The position numbers and the translations under genes are program-made. From a virus: a stretch of 64,000 nucleotides of DNA. A model generated the notes under the pieces. It did not search any database. It was not told the origin of the DNA and was given only the letters and a program-made list of their open reading frames with translations. Positions 18,777-27,985 of this stretch are shown here, one piece after another. The stretch spans positions 1-64,000 of IMG/VR virus record IMGVR_UViG_3300045988_158973; one strand, given 5' to 3'. Position 1 is the first letter of the stretch. Every line of letters begins with the position of its first letter.

Positions 18777-20462
18777 TTACGAGTTGAAAACATAGTCGAG
18801 CATGTTCCCGACGAAGAACGTCTTGTTGACCGGAACGTTCGGGACGAAGTCGTACGTTACCTTGTAGTCGCCGTTGCGGGCCGAAACCTTCACGTTCTTC
18901 CACGAGATAATCAGGTTGTCATCACCTACCTTGGCCACGAGCGACGTGAGTTTGGTTTCGGTGAAGTCCTTCACGGTGTTGGGCGAAGCCTGAGCCGCCG
19001 TGTTACCCGTGAAGCGCGTTTGGCCTTCGAGGATCAGTTCCTTGTTCAGCTGAGCCTTGATCAGAGCGATCGACAATTCGAAGGTCTGGCCGTCCTCGGA
19101 GATGGTCTGCTTGTTGTTCTGAAGCGACGTGATACCCTGATTGACGCGGTAGTAACCCGAAACCTCGCGGACGTGCATAATACCAGCCTGAAGGGCCTTC
19201 ACGCGCTCGCTGAACGTAAGGTCGTAGGCGTAGGCGTCGTATCCCACGCGCTTGAACGTAACGGGAGTCTGGGCAGCCAAACCAGCGTTCAGGCCCATGA
19301 TAGCCGCAGCGAGGTAGATCGACGGCAGGTTCTTGGTGCCGTTGCCGTCCTTACGCGGTACGGTAGGCGAACCGTGGGTGACGATGACCTTCTCGTCGTT
19401 GTAGTGTACAGCCAGCGCCTGCGAAGTCTGGGTAATGGTGTTGGTCGTCAGCAGATCAGCCTTTCCTTCGCCGCCGGGTACAAACATAAACTCGTCAAAC
19501 TTGGCGTCGTTCTTCAGGAAGGTGAACAGTTTGCCGTTGGACGAAGCCTTGGCGCCGTTGACTACACCGTAGTCCGTACACAGGAAGAACGTAACCTCCA
19601 ACTCGCGGATAGCCTCCAGCACGTCGGGGTAGTATTCGTTCTCGCCCTTCGAACCCTGATACGACGTGGTGCCACCAGCGAACAGTGCCGGAGCGGTTAC
19701 TTTCAGCGCGGTCGTGCCTACATAGCCTGCACCCTTCGACGGGCGGAAGTTGGCCATGGCCATCGACGACGTCAGCAACCAGTTGTAAAGTTCGTCGTAC
19801 GTTCCAATCTCACCCGACTGGGCAACCATCTCACCGTAAGCGTCAGCCAGCGAATAGGTGCCGTAGGGTTCACCCGCAGCGTCCGTACCGCGGTAGTTAC
19901 CTCGGTAGATGGTGACGATGAATTTCGACGTGTCGTCAACGCCTGCCTTAATCGCGAGGGCGTAGCCCACCTTGAGGTTCTCCAGCGTGCCGTTCGACAG
20001 TTCGCTCATATCGCCTTCAGCTACACCGTTACCAACCGCGCCTTCGTTCAAACACGTCAGGACGATAGAATTGGTGTCAGCACCGATACTCAGCGTTGCA
20101 GGCGTGGTCTTGGCTGCACGGGTATAGTACAGACGCGGCGTACCCAGCGCACCGTCGATCGGCGTGAATAGCTTTTGAGCGATGTCGGTGATCATACCGC
20201 CACCCATAAAGTCCGAGAAGTCCTCGAAATTCTCGAAACTGTAAATGGCCTTGCGCCCGGAAGCGTCAACGCCGGCAATACCTGCGCCGCCAGCGAATTC
20301 GTACGTTGCATCGTCCACCGTCTCCTGAGAGAGACCCGTGTCGATAATCATAACGCGGCCAAACGAAGCCACGTTGACTACCGAAGTGGGCTGGTAGACA
20401 GTGATCGCGTACAAACCCGGCTCAACGTAGGTTTTGCCATTCATCGTTACCACAGTACTCAT
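18777..20462 (-). CDS. contractile tail sheath protein (561 aa)
   Basis: Size and conserved order: sheath, tube, chaperones, tape measure. Synteny-based call. Confidence 0.62.
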   Translation of the reverse strand: MSTVVTMNGKTYVEPGLYAITVYQPTSVVNVASFGRVMIIDTGLSQETVDDATYEFAGGAGIAGVDASGRKAIYSFENFEDFSDFMGGGMITDIAQKLFTPIDGALGTPRLYYTRAAKTTPATLSIGADTNSIVLTCLNEGAVGNGVAEGDMSELSNGTLENLKVGYALAIKAGVDDTSKFIVTIYRGNYRGTDAAGEPYGTYSLADAYGEMVAQSGEIGTYDELYNWLLTSSMAMANFRPSKGAGYVGTTALKVTAPALFAGGTTSYQGSKGENEYYPDVLEAIRELEVTFFLCTDYGVVNGAKASSNGKLFTFLKNDAKFDEFMFVPGGEGKADLLTTNTITQTSQALAVHYNDEKVIVTHGSPTVPRKDGNGTKNLPSIYLAAAIMGLNAGLAAQTPVTFKRVGYDAYAYDLTFSERVKALQAGIMHVREVSGYYRVNQGITSLQNNKQTISEDGQTFELSIALIKAQLNKELILEGQTRFTGNTAAQASPNTVKDFTETKLTSLVAKVGDDNLIISWKNVKVSARNGDYKVTYDFVPNVPVNKTFFVGNMLDYVFNS

Positions 20463-20491
20463 AATGTTGTATGTTTAGAAAAGTTTGGTAT

Positions 20492-21196
20492 TTATTCGGT
20501 TTCATCGCCGCCGGGGATTATCACTTCACCGCCAAACGGGTCGCAAATGTTATAATTGTAGCTGATGGCCTTTACGACTTGGGCACGCAATCTTGTTGGA
20601 ACCGTAACCTCGTATTTGAACGCCAGCGTGAGGGCTTTGTGGAATATGGTTGGCGGAATTATATCCTGTTGAAGTATTATATCGCCGCCTGATACGCGCG
20701 GAATGCGTAACCCCACCAAATCGAGGTTTGGCGCGTACATCAGCAGCATGGCTTTTAACACGTTGTAGGCTATCATAGCCTCAGACGAGTTATCCGACGT
20801 GATGAGAATTTGATACTGTGCGTCCATCCACTGTGTGTACATGAACTGTTCAGCGTCAGCGTTCCATTCCTGACCCTCGCCTAATGGGGCATTTGAGGCT
20901 TGTTCGCCGGGCAAAATGATGTGAACGGCGAGGGCGGTCGTCACCTGGGGATTGTATCCCAAATGGACCTCCAAATTCGCCGGGTTAGAAAATATCTTTA
21001 CCGCCTGTCGGAAATAGTTGTAGGCGTTCATGTGAATGGGTTGTCCGTCCTCGTTTTCACCCAACAGCTGGTAAAGTATGGTGTTCTTGACGTCTTGTGG
21101 TACGGTGAGCGCAATGTCGTCGCGTATCATTTTCACAATAGCGTTCAACACACGGGCGATTATCACCTCGGGCAGTATAAGGGCGTCTACTTTCAT
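20492..21196 (-). CDS. neck / tail completion protein (234 aa)
   Basis: Intact ORF between the head-completion genes and the sheath gene. Position only. Confidence 0.4.
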   Translation of the reverse strand: MKVDALILPEVIIARVLNAIVKMIRDDIALTVPQDVKNTILYQLLGENEDGQPIHMNAYNYFRQAVKIFSNPANLEVHLGYNPQVTTALAVHIILPGEQASNAPLGEGQEWNADAEQFMYTQWMDAQYQILITSDNSSEAMIAYNVLKAMLLMYAPNLDLVGLRIPRVSGGDIILQQDIIPPTIFHKALTLAFKYEVTVPTRLRAQVVKAISYNYNICDPFGGEVIIPGGDETE

Positions 21197-22008
21197 AAGT
21201 TCTCCAAGAAATTAACCGATTCGTTGTGTACTATTGTTTCAACATCCGTCTGGTCGATGGCCTTGTCAGCAAAGCGTCGCGCCGTAAGACCCGGGAATAT
21301 CCAACTCAACGGGTCGGAGTTCTTTGACGCTCGACGGAATGAGACGTATATGTTTTGAGTCGTTCGGGCGTAAACCCCTGTCTGCTTGGTGATGCCCTCG
21401 TAGATGGAGTGTCGGCGAATATAAGCGCCATACGCTGGCGAACGGTCAGTAGCGGCAATGGCCCGACGCTCGCTCGGTACGTTGTACGGTGAAGGAATCT
21501 GCGAAGCGCGTAGTCGTTGGCCAGTAACAAACGTGCGGACCACGTCGTAAACCTCTTGTGGCATTTCGTCAGAGAATCCTGCCTGACCAACCGTTCCCGG
21601 CGTGCCGTGACGGAACGGAACAGTCAAATACCAATCGCCGCCGGGTTTAAGTACTGTGCCATCCTTGCGTAGTACAGGCACCGTGTGTCGGACCTTCGAT
21701 GACCGCTGAAAATATTCCTTTTGGTCGAAAGGGGTTGCCCCGGCCTCCAGCATCACTGGTAACTCCCCCGTGAGGACAATCGACTTGGCGAAACGGCCGC
21801 GATCGATTATGTTTAGATTTTGGAGGTATTCGGGGCGTGTTGAATTTAATCCTTGTTTGGCCAACGCCTGCCAGTTGGCGTATACAGCAGCAGTAACGGC
21901 TTGAACACAGAGTTCAGTTAGGTCGTCAATCTGGGCTTGCGTGAGTCCAAACTGGGCGCCTAAACCTGTAACGTCTATGTTGATTGGTTTAGCCATTGAT
22001 GAATACAA
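21193..22008 (-). CDS. neck / head-tail joining protein (271 aa)
   Basis: Intact ORF with a 4-nt overlap to the next gene. Position only. Confidence 0.4.
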   Translation of the reverse strand: MYSSMAKPINIDVTGLGAQFGLTQAQIDDLTELCVQAVTAAVYANWQALAKQGLNSTRPEYLQNLNIIDRGRFAKSIVLTGELPVMLEAGATPFDQKEYFQRSSKVRHTVPVLRKDGTVLKPGGDWYLTVPFRHGTPGTVGQAGFSDEMPQEVYDVVRTFVTGQRLRASQIPSPYNVPSERRAIAATDRSPAYGAYIRRHSIYEGITKQTGVYARTTQNIYVSFRRASKNSDPLSWIFPGLTARRFADKAIDQTDVETIVHNESVNFLENL

Positions 22009-22279
22009 TGAATATCACCCAAACCGTATATCCACCGCCTATTGTCCAGAGAATGTCGTTCACGTCAACCTTCGAATCTACTGCGTATTCCTTAACCATA
22101 GCCAATGACACCAAAGCGACTACCGATATCACCAAAGGTAGCCAACGCCAACAGCCAATCAAAGGTGCAGTGATTATTAACGCCACAGAAGCGATAATTG
22201 CTCCAAGCGTAAAGTGCTGATACTTATCCTTGGGGACGACATTAAGCCATCCAATGAACTTTTCAATCACCTTTTTCAT
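21989..22279 (-). CDS. small integral membrane protein, 3 predicted TM helices (96 aa)
   Basis: Hydrophobic segments LGAIIASVALIITAPLIG, LPLVISVVALVSLAMV and GGGYTVWVIFIVFI. The KDKYQHF...KEYAVD...D pattern is loosely VanZ-like. Confidence 0.5.
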   Translation of the reverse strand: MKKVIEKFIGWLNVVPKDKYQHFTLGAIIASVALIITAPLIGCWRWLPLVISVVALVSLAMVKEYAVDSKVDVNDILWTIGGGYTVWVIFIVFING

Positions 22280-23109
22280 TTCACCGTGTTGTCATAAGGA
22301 ACATCACCATACCGCATAGGCGGGAATACATATTCAGCCTTGCGGCCAACAACCTTTACAGGCATCGCCGTCAACGCTTCACGTCGTGCAGCGCAGGGCT
22401 TTCCCTCGCGTACTTGCATCAGTTCGCGGTCAACGTCGATTATGTGATACACGGGATAGTGCTTGTAACGAACGGAGACGGTCAAATTTCCGGCTTTTGC
22501 GTTGGGGTCGTTACTTTCTACCATACCGATCAAATCCTTGCTGAAAACGACCCTGTTCTTGTCTACGCGGAACTCGGCCGTAGTAAGCGGCCGCAACGGT
22601 TCGCCGTCGGCTACATGAAGGAAGATGTCGGTCACTTCCAAGGGTTCGTACACTGGGTAAGCGAACAGTTCGTTACGGTAGATAGTCGGCCGGAGTATCT
22701 CGGAGAAATACCCCTCCAAGTCCAGCAGCACGACGCGGTCCATGAACCCCATACGGTCAACGGCGCGGGCCGTGATGGCGGCGGTGCCGATGTTGAGTTC
22801 GCTCCACTCTTCGTACTTGCGGCGGTTGCCCATGGTCTGGGCTATGAGGCGCGTTTCACGGCGATTGACGAAGAACCATCCTCGGCCGTAGCAGTTTTGA
22901 CACGTCGACGAGGCTTGACCGCTGGTCTTGTCCACGCACGGGCAACGCATAGCGCGGTCGATGTAGGCATCATATCCTTGGTCATATATCAAGCGTTCGA
23001 AACGCCCCACGTCCCAGCCCACGGCCGGACGCCCCGGTTGCGCGGGGGTCAGGCTCACGGGTGGGGTGTCAACGATAGACGCGCTCAATATGGATTGCTT
23101 CTTGGCCAT
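22276..23109 (-). CDS. head completion / neck protein with Cys cluster (277 aa)
   Basis: Intact ORF. Possible zinc knuckle CPCVDKTSGQASSTCQNCYGRGW. Position in the neck block. Confidence 0.4.
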   Translation of the reverse strand: MAKKQSILSASIVDTPPVSLTPAQPGRPAVGWDVGRFERLIYDQGYDAYIDRAMRCPCVDKTSGQASSTCQNCYGRGWFFVNRRETRLIAQTMGNRRKYEEWSELNIGTAAITARAVDRMGFMDRVVLLDLEGYFSEILRPTIYRNELFAYPVYEPLEVTDIFLHVADGEPLRPLTTAEFRVDKNRVVFSKDLIGMVESNDPNAKAGNLTVSVRYKHYPVYHIIDVDRELMQVREGKPCAARREALTAMPVKVVGRKAEYVFPPMRYGDVPYDNTVK

Positions 23110-23903
23110 TACAGTACATCAAACGCGATACCGCGGTATTGGTTCTTGAGATTCGGCAGTTGTTGATTCAGTTCGTCCAGATACAGTTTAATGCGGCCGC
23201 CGAATAGACCGCCTTGGGCCGAACGTGTCAACGGCGTGTTTTGCGACACACCGTCCAGTGAAATACTCACCGACGACATGCCCACGCCGTACAGTACATC
23301 GCCTATCAATGCCAGAACGTTCAACGCTGCGGCCTTGGCTATGAAGTTCAGCAGGTCGGCAGGTATTTCGTCCCATCCGGTGACGTATTTCAGCCGCCAG
23401 TAGTTGGGGATGTACTTTTGACCAAACCACCCTAAATTGGGAGCAATGCCGTTATATACATACGAATTCTGCGTCATGATAGCCCCTTTTCCAGAACCGG
23501 AATTGGGGATCAGCGAAATGTTACGATACACGGCCACTGAAGCGATCTTCTTGATTGAAAGCCACTCCGATGGGTAGCGGGTCTGCATAACAGAGTTGAT
23601 GAAACCGCACAACGAGCGAATACAGACCACAGGGTACATCGCACGAACGAAGCCCCAGTTGTTCCACTCTTCACGAATGTAGTCACGGCTTTCCTCGATA
23701 ACCTGCTTCTTGAGTTTCACCGACAGTAGGTTTTCGACCTGCGTCTGCGCCACCTTAATCTGGGTCTTGATGGAGGACTCGGCGACACGCTGACCGTCAG
23801 GAGCGCACATCGGAATACCAAAAAGGTAGTTTTCGGCCAATTCCGAAGGGCTTATGACGAGGCCTTCGTTCTTGTTATAGAGGATGTCTAATTGAAGAGT
23901 CAT
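23109..23903 (-). CDS. head-tail connector / adaptor protein (264 aa)
   Basis: First sizeable gene after the capsid gene pair. Position only. Confidence 0.4.
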   Translation of the reverse strand: MTLQLDILYNKNEGLVISPSELAENYLFGIPMCAPDGQRVAESSIKTQIKVAQTQVENLLSVKLKKQVIEESRDYIREEWNNWGFVRAMYPVVCIRSLCGFINSVMQTRYPSEWLSIKKIASVAVYRNISLIPNSGSGKGAIMTQNSYVYNGIAPNLGWFGQKYIPNYWRLKYVTGWDEIPADLLNFIAKAAALNVLALIGDVLYGVGMSSVSISLDGVSQNTPLTRSAQGGLFGGRIKLYLDELNQQLPNLKNQYRGIAFDVL

Positions 23904-23943
23904 TTTGGTCTGTTTTGCGAGTCGTAACGGTTAGACGAGGAAA

Positions 23944-24327
23944 CTACTCCTCAGCGGCGACAGCGGCCTTGTATTTCTTCACCAGATAGGCTGCCATCAA
24001 TTTGGCGTTCTTTACGAACTTCTTGTACTCGTCTTCGGGGTAACCAGCCTCGGCGGCAGTCTCGATCATTTCTTCGAGCGACATGGCGCGAATCTGGTCG
24101 ATGACGGCCTTGTTCTGATCGGCCTCTTCGGGTTCAGCCTCCGGCTCGGGGTCGGCGTCCTTCGCCTTGTCTTTTCCAGCTGCTACCCACTCGGGGAGCG
24201 TCAGCAGATGGCGGGCGCAGGCTTCAGATACGTTGATCTCGCCGTTGCGGTCGATTTGGATTGTGCCGTCAACGGGAACGGTAAGGCGCGAACCGTAAAG
24301 GGACGCATTGTTGGTTTTCAGTTTCAT
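23944..24327 (-). CDS. small acidic head-associated protein (127 aa)
   Basis: Directly downstream of the capsid gene. Contains the acidic linker DADPEPEAEPEEAD. Function unknown. Confidence 0.45.
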   Translation of the reverse strand: MKLKTNNASLYGSRLTVPVDGTIQIDRNGEINVSEACARHLLTLPEWVAAGKDKAKDADPEPEAEPEEADQNKAVIDQIRAMSLEEMIETAAEAGYPEDEYKKFVKNAKLMAAYLVKKYKAAVAAEE

Positions 24328-24343
24328 TGCTTACGATTTAATG

Positions 24344-24376
24344 AAAAGCAGGAGCGGGGCTACCCCCACCCCTGCT
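24344..24376 (-). terminator. strong rho-independent terminator after the major capsid gene
   Basis: Minus strand reads AGCAGGGGTGGGG-GTAG-CCCCGCTCCTGCT, a ~13-bp GC-rich stem, followed by TTTTC. Confidence 0.7.
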
Positions 24377-24398
24377 TCTCGGTTGAACGATTGTTTCG

Positions 24399-25886
24399 TT
24401 AGTTGGCGGCACGTCCGATGTTGATCAGACGAACCAGTTTCTTCGGCGCGTACAGGAACGGCGTACCGTACAGCAGCACCATGAAGCGGTACGCAGGCGA
24501 CAGAATCGCCAGGTCCATCTTCATCAGCGGGGCCAGCTGGGCGAACTCAATCACCTCGTTGTCGAACTGTACCAGGAAGGCCTGATCGCAGTCGGGCAGG
24601 AAGTAGTTGTTGTCGCGGCACAGGTCGCCGGCAGCGCCTGCGTAGCCCAGTTTCAGCTGAGCCACCGAGATGTCGAAGATCGGGTACAGTTTGCTGGTCT
24701 TGTCGCCACCCTTCTTCGAACGGTAGATACGATAACCCGTAGCCGGGTGAGCGTTGTCCACGATCGAGAACTTGAGGTCAACGACCGACCCCGCAGTCAC
24801 GGCCACCGGAGTCTCGTTCACCACCAGCGACGACTCGCCGTGGCGGTTGATGGCTGCGATAGCGTAGATGTAGTTGCCAGCGTCCTCCGAGTTGAACTTC
24901 GAGGTCGTCACGTCAGCAACAACCGTAGCCGGAGCGGCGGTGTCCCATACGGGAGCGGCGGGCGACTTGGGATGCGTCGACTGAGCACCAGCAACCTTGA
25001 ACGGAGCCTTCTTGAAGAAGACGTCGTAGTTGAGGCCGATGCGGCCGAACTGCGAGTCGAACGCCTGAACGCGCTGACCCATGATACCGGCGCTGGTCTG
25101 GGCGGTGTTGGGCTGGATGAACTTGTTGCCGTAGAACGTCTTGACGAAGTCCGAAAGAACGGCGGGGGGAGCATACAGCTCGGTTCCGAGGCCGTAGTTC
25201 TCGACGATCGAGTTGGCAGCCGTCTCGATGGGGTCCTCGGTCAGGCCACGACCGCGAAGGTCGATCACGTTATCAGAGTTGAGGTAAGCGTCCAGACCGC
25301 TCCATGCGTCCGACTGCAGCTGCTGAGCCAGCAGACCGTTGAACTCCTGCGGGATGATGTCCGAGTTGCCGTAGTACAGCGACTTGTTCAGTTTGCGGAG
25401 AATCCACAGCGTGCCGTCCTTGATGGTGCGCTCCATGATGTTGCCCACCATCGTGTTGACGAGGGTCATCTGGTGCGTAACGGACTTCGTAACGCCGAGA
25501 TACTTCACGAGCTGAGCCCGACGGATGTAGATCGAGTCTTCCTCGTCGGGGAGTTCGCCTTCGTTGGTGAAGCCACCGCGGTCAGCACCGTACGATGCCA
25601 GCTGGTTGTACTCCTCAACGGTGTTGTAGGCGGCCTTTTTCGGCAGGTTCTTCCAGAGAACGATGTCGCTCTCGCGGAACGTCAGATGTTTCAGAGTACG
25701 CTCCAGCGACTCCACCTTCAGCGGAGCACCCGAGGCATCGGTCAGGTTCGTCGTCTGGCGACCCGTGATGTCGGTTGCTTCGAGGGCTTTGTTCAGCGCA
25801 GCGACCTCTTCCTGACTGGACGAGCCGTACTGGGCACCACGCGCTTGGATGCCATAGTCGGCGAGATTGATAGAAAGTCTGTCCAT
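24399..25886 (-). CDS. major capsid protein (495 aa)
   Basis: Directly downstream of the protease/scaffold gene. Followed by the strongest terminator in the window. Size fits an HK97-fold capsid protein with an insertion domain. Synteny-based call. Confidence 0.65.
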   Translation of the reverse strand: MDRLSINLADYGIQARGAQYGSSSQEEVAALNKALEATDITGRQTTNLTDASGAPLKVESLERTLKHLTFRESDIVLWKNLPKKAAYNTVEEYNQLASYGADRGGFTNEGELPDEEDSIYIRRAQLVKYLGVTKSVTHQMTLVNTMVGNIMERTIKDGTLWILRKLNKSLYYGNSDIIPQEFNGLLAQQLQSDAWSGLDAYLNSDNVIDLRGRGLTEDPIETAANSIVENYGLGTELYAPPAVLSDFVKTFYGNKFIQPNTAQTSAGIMGQRVQAFDSQFGRIGLNYDVFFKKAPFKVAGAQSTHPKSPAAPVWDTAAPATVVADVTTSKFNSEDAGNYIYAIAAINRHGESSLVVNETPVAVTAGSVVDLKFSIVDNAHPATGYRIYRSKKGGDKTSKLYPIFDISVAQLKLGYAGAAGDLCRDNNYFLPDCDQAFLVQFDNEVIEFAQLAPLMKMDLAILSPAYRFMVLLYGTPFLYAPKKLVRLINIGRAAN

Positions 25887-25924
25887 GATTTGGAATTGAT
25901 TATGTTAGGAAATTGTTTGGGTGT

Positions 25925-27469
25925 TTACTCTACTACCTCGTACCCGGTTTCAGCCTTGAGGCGAGCGATAATGTTCTTGGGGAGACCGTCAGCGGGGCGT
26001 GCCTCAAACGCCAAAAGCGCATCACCGTACTCCTTGTCGTAGCCCTTGGCGAACGATGCCTGGTCGAGCAACGACGCAACGGCTTTCGGGTTTTCACGCA
26101 ACGAAATGCGAGTGGCGTTGCCGCCCTTCTCGATACCGTTGTCGGCGTTACCTTTCGCGAAGGCGCGATCAACCACCGTAGCCGAACGCAGCGACTTCGG
26201 CTGCGGCACCTCGCTGCCATAGCGCTCCAGTTTGGTGGAGAAGCCCTCGATGATCTCGGTCTGGCCCTTGATGATGTTTTCGAGTTCGCCGATACGTTTA
26301 GCGTCTTCGGCGCGTTTCTGGCGAAGATCGTTCACCAGTACGGCAGTAGCGCGAATGTACGACTTGAATTCGTCTCCAACACCATGAATAGCCTTCAGGA
26401 TGTCGTTATCGGCACCCTTCTTCATCTTGGCGCCGTTCTTGTCGCACTCCTCGAAACCCTCGTCGTCATCCTCGGTCTCTTCCTCAGATTCTTCCTTCTT
26501 GCCTGCAACGGCGTTCTTTGCGTTAGCGGCGTTGTGACGCGGCTCGTCGTCGTGGGTTTCGTCTTCCTTCCCCATCTGGCCATCAGCGTCATCGCCCTTC
26601 TGCACGTCCTCGGCATTGTCGGCTTTCTTCTCAGGAGCAAGCCCCAGAGCGTCATATGCCTTCTCGATGTCCTCGGAAGTGATGGATTTGCGTTTGTTCA
26701 TAACCGATATATTTTTGATTAAAGTATACAATTCTTGGGCGTTCGGTATTGTAATATTTGGAATGTCGCGGAAGATACATTCCATGACGGAAGATTTTGA
26801 AAACGTTTTCTTCGGTTGGCCGTCTACGGATTCAGGCATAAGCGCTGCGCCGGATTCAGTAGTTAAAGCCTTCTTTTCGGTCTTGCCGCCATGCTCTTCA
26901 GCGTTATCGTCCTCTTCTTCTAAATCTACCTCAATACCATCGGCGTCAACCTGACCTTTGATGATGTTGACGAACGTGTGAGGGTTCTTCGGCATGTGTG
27001 TTACAGCAACGCCTGTAATCACCGCCTTCACGATCTTGTTGTATAAGGGTGATTTCTTGTCGTTGGAAGCACGTTTTATAACCTTGCCTTCGATGGAATA
27101 TCCCAAGCGGCGTGTCTTGCTGTTTTCTTCGAGAGTTTTGGCTAACTCATATACCTCATTAGCCATAGGTGACGAAGCGTACAAATCACTCTCGATCCAA
27201 AGACCCTCGGGGCGCAGTTCTACTTTCGATGGTTCGCCGATGATTGCTGCAGGCGAGTTCTTGGCCTGATGGTGCCAGTTGACCATTCCCGACTCCTTCA
27301 AGGGCTGGATGTCGAAGCCTGACGGATCGAGTGTTTCGCCGTCAGCATCCTGATCGACGGTTGAAGCAATACCGCCGATGCGCATAACAGGTTCGCCTGT
27401 TTCCTCGTCGGTAGCCTTCTTTATGGGCTCGATAGGGCACCAAAAATTGAATTTATCGTCCTTAAACAT
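25925..27469 (-). CDS. prohead serine protease fused to scaffold domain (514 aa from Met at 27469)
   Basis: The N-terminal domain resembles HK97-type (S78/U35) prohead proteases (RIGGIASTVDQDADGETLDP...VNWHHQ...LGYSIEGKV). The C-terminal half is acidic and helical (EEEDDNAEE, EESEEETEDDDEGFEE), like a scaffold. I prefer the start at MFKDDKF (27469). The track start at 27559 would run through the left inverted repeat. Confidence 0.68.
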   Translation of the reverse strand: MFKDDKFNFWCPIEPIKKATDEETGEPVMRIGGIASTVDQDADGETLDPSGFDIQPLKESGMVNWHHQAKNSPAAIIGEPSKVELRPEGLWIESDLYASSPMANEVYELAKTLEENSKTRRLGYSIEGKVIKRASNDKKSPLYNKIVKAVITGVAVTHMPKNPHTFVNIIKGQVDADGIEVDLEEEDDNAEEHGGKTEKKALTTESGAALMPESVDGQPKKTFSKSSVMECIFRDIPNITIPNAQELYTLIKNISVMNKRKSITSEDIEKAYDALGLAPEKKADNAEDVQKGDDADGQMGKEDETHDDEPRHNAANAKNAVAGKKEESEEETEDDDEGFEECDKNGAKMKKGADNDILKAIHGVGDEFKSYIRATAVLVNDLRQKRAEDAKRIGELENIIKGQTEIIEGFSTKLERYGSEVPQPKSLRSATVVDRAFAKGNADNGIEKGGNATRISLRENPKAVASLLDQASFAKGYDKEYGDALLAFEARPADGLPKNIIARLKAETGYEVVE

Positions 27470-27505
27470 GTTTACGGCACTATTGTTACCACCGTTATAC
27501 TTGTA

Positions 27506-27955
27506 ATGGCGAATCGCGTTGGTACTTTCTCCGGCTCGACGAACGGAACTACTGCTCAATGGACAGAATTAGGCGGTGGCGGAGCAATTATATGGGAGGG
27601 TGAGGAGTCTTTGGTGGACGAAGGTCCGAAAACATTCAACTTCAATAAGACCTTGAAAGATGGTGATATTATATCAGTACTATTCGATATTAATACTGAT
27701 AATAATTTTAAGGTTACCGGATTTACTCAAAACCTAACCTTTCAAGCAATCGTTGGAGAGACCCTATCAAACGTTAATTATGTAGCTTTTTATGATGCCG
27801 GAGGTTCCTCAGGAGGCACTATAAGAGACATAGCCACCTTGCAAGTAGACTGCGGTACTTCCAGATTAATGATTACTACAAGGGGCGGCGAAATGACTCC
27901 TACGGCAAACAGATTTAGCATCAGAAGAATATATAAAGTTGCCAGCGGTAATTAA
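27506..27955 (+). other. silent alternative C-terminal cassette of the 597-aa protein (the only credible plus-strand coding segment)
   Basis: Reads through the left inverted repeat in the same codon phase as the expressed gene reads the right repeat (TFSGSTNGTTAQWTELGGG). The 124 codons after the repeat (27581-27952) are a divergent homologue of the expressed tip. No promoter context. Confidence 0.6.
27522..27580. repeat. left inverted repeat (IR-L) of invertible segment
   Basis: GTACTTTCTCCGGCTCGACGAACGGAACTACTGCTCAATGGACAGAATTAGGCGGTGGC. Its reverse complement occurs at 28397-28455 with 56/59 identity. Confidence 0.9.
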
Positions 27956-27957
27956 TG

Positions 27958-27983
27958 AAAGCCCCTCATTTAGAGGGGCTTTT
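27958..27983. terminator. bidirectional hairpin terminator between the two convergent tip cassettes
   Basis: AAAGCCCCTC-ATTTA-GAGGGGCTTT is a perfect 10-bp stem with T-runs on both strands. It lies 3 nt after the plus-strand stop and 3 nt after the minus-strand stop. Confidence 0.75.
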
Positions 27984-27985
27984 GA

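Noticed and set aside
19020-20171. Other long plus-strand ORFs (for example 19020..20171, 24747..26042, 36326..37084, 61360..62388, 63111..63890, 1650..2363)
   Set aside because: Each lies entirely inside a well-supported minus-strand gene (sheath, capsid, radical SAM and others). They are Arg/Val/Gly-rich with no motifs. High-GC third-position antisense frames commonly stay open.
27470-27559. Track start (27559) for the protease/scaffold ORF
   Set aside because: The first 30 residues (MSSSSVRRAGESTNAIRHYKYNGGNNSAVN) would be encoded across the left inverted repeat and antisense to the silent cassette. The protease homology begins right after the internal Met at 27469.
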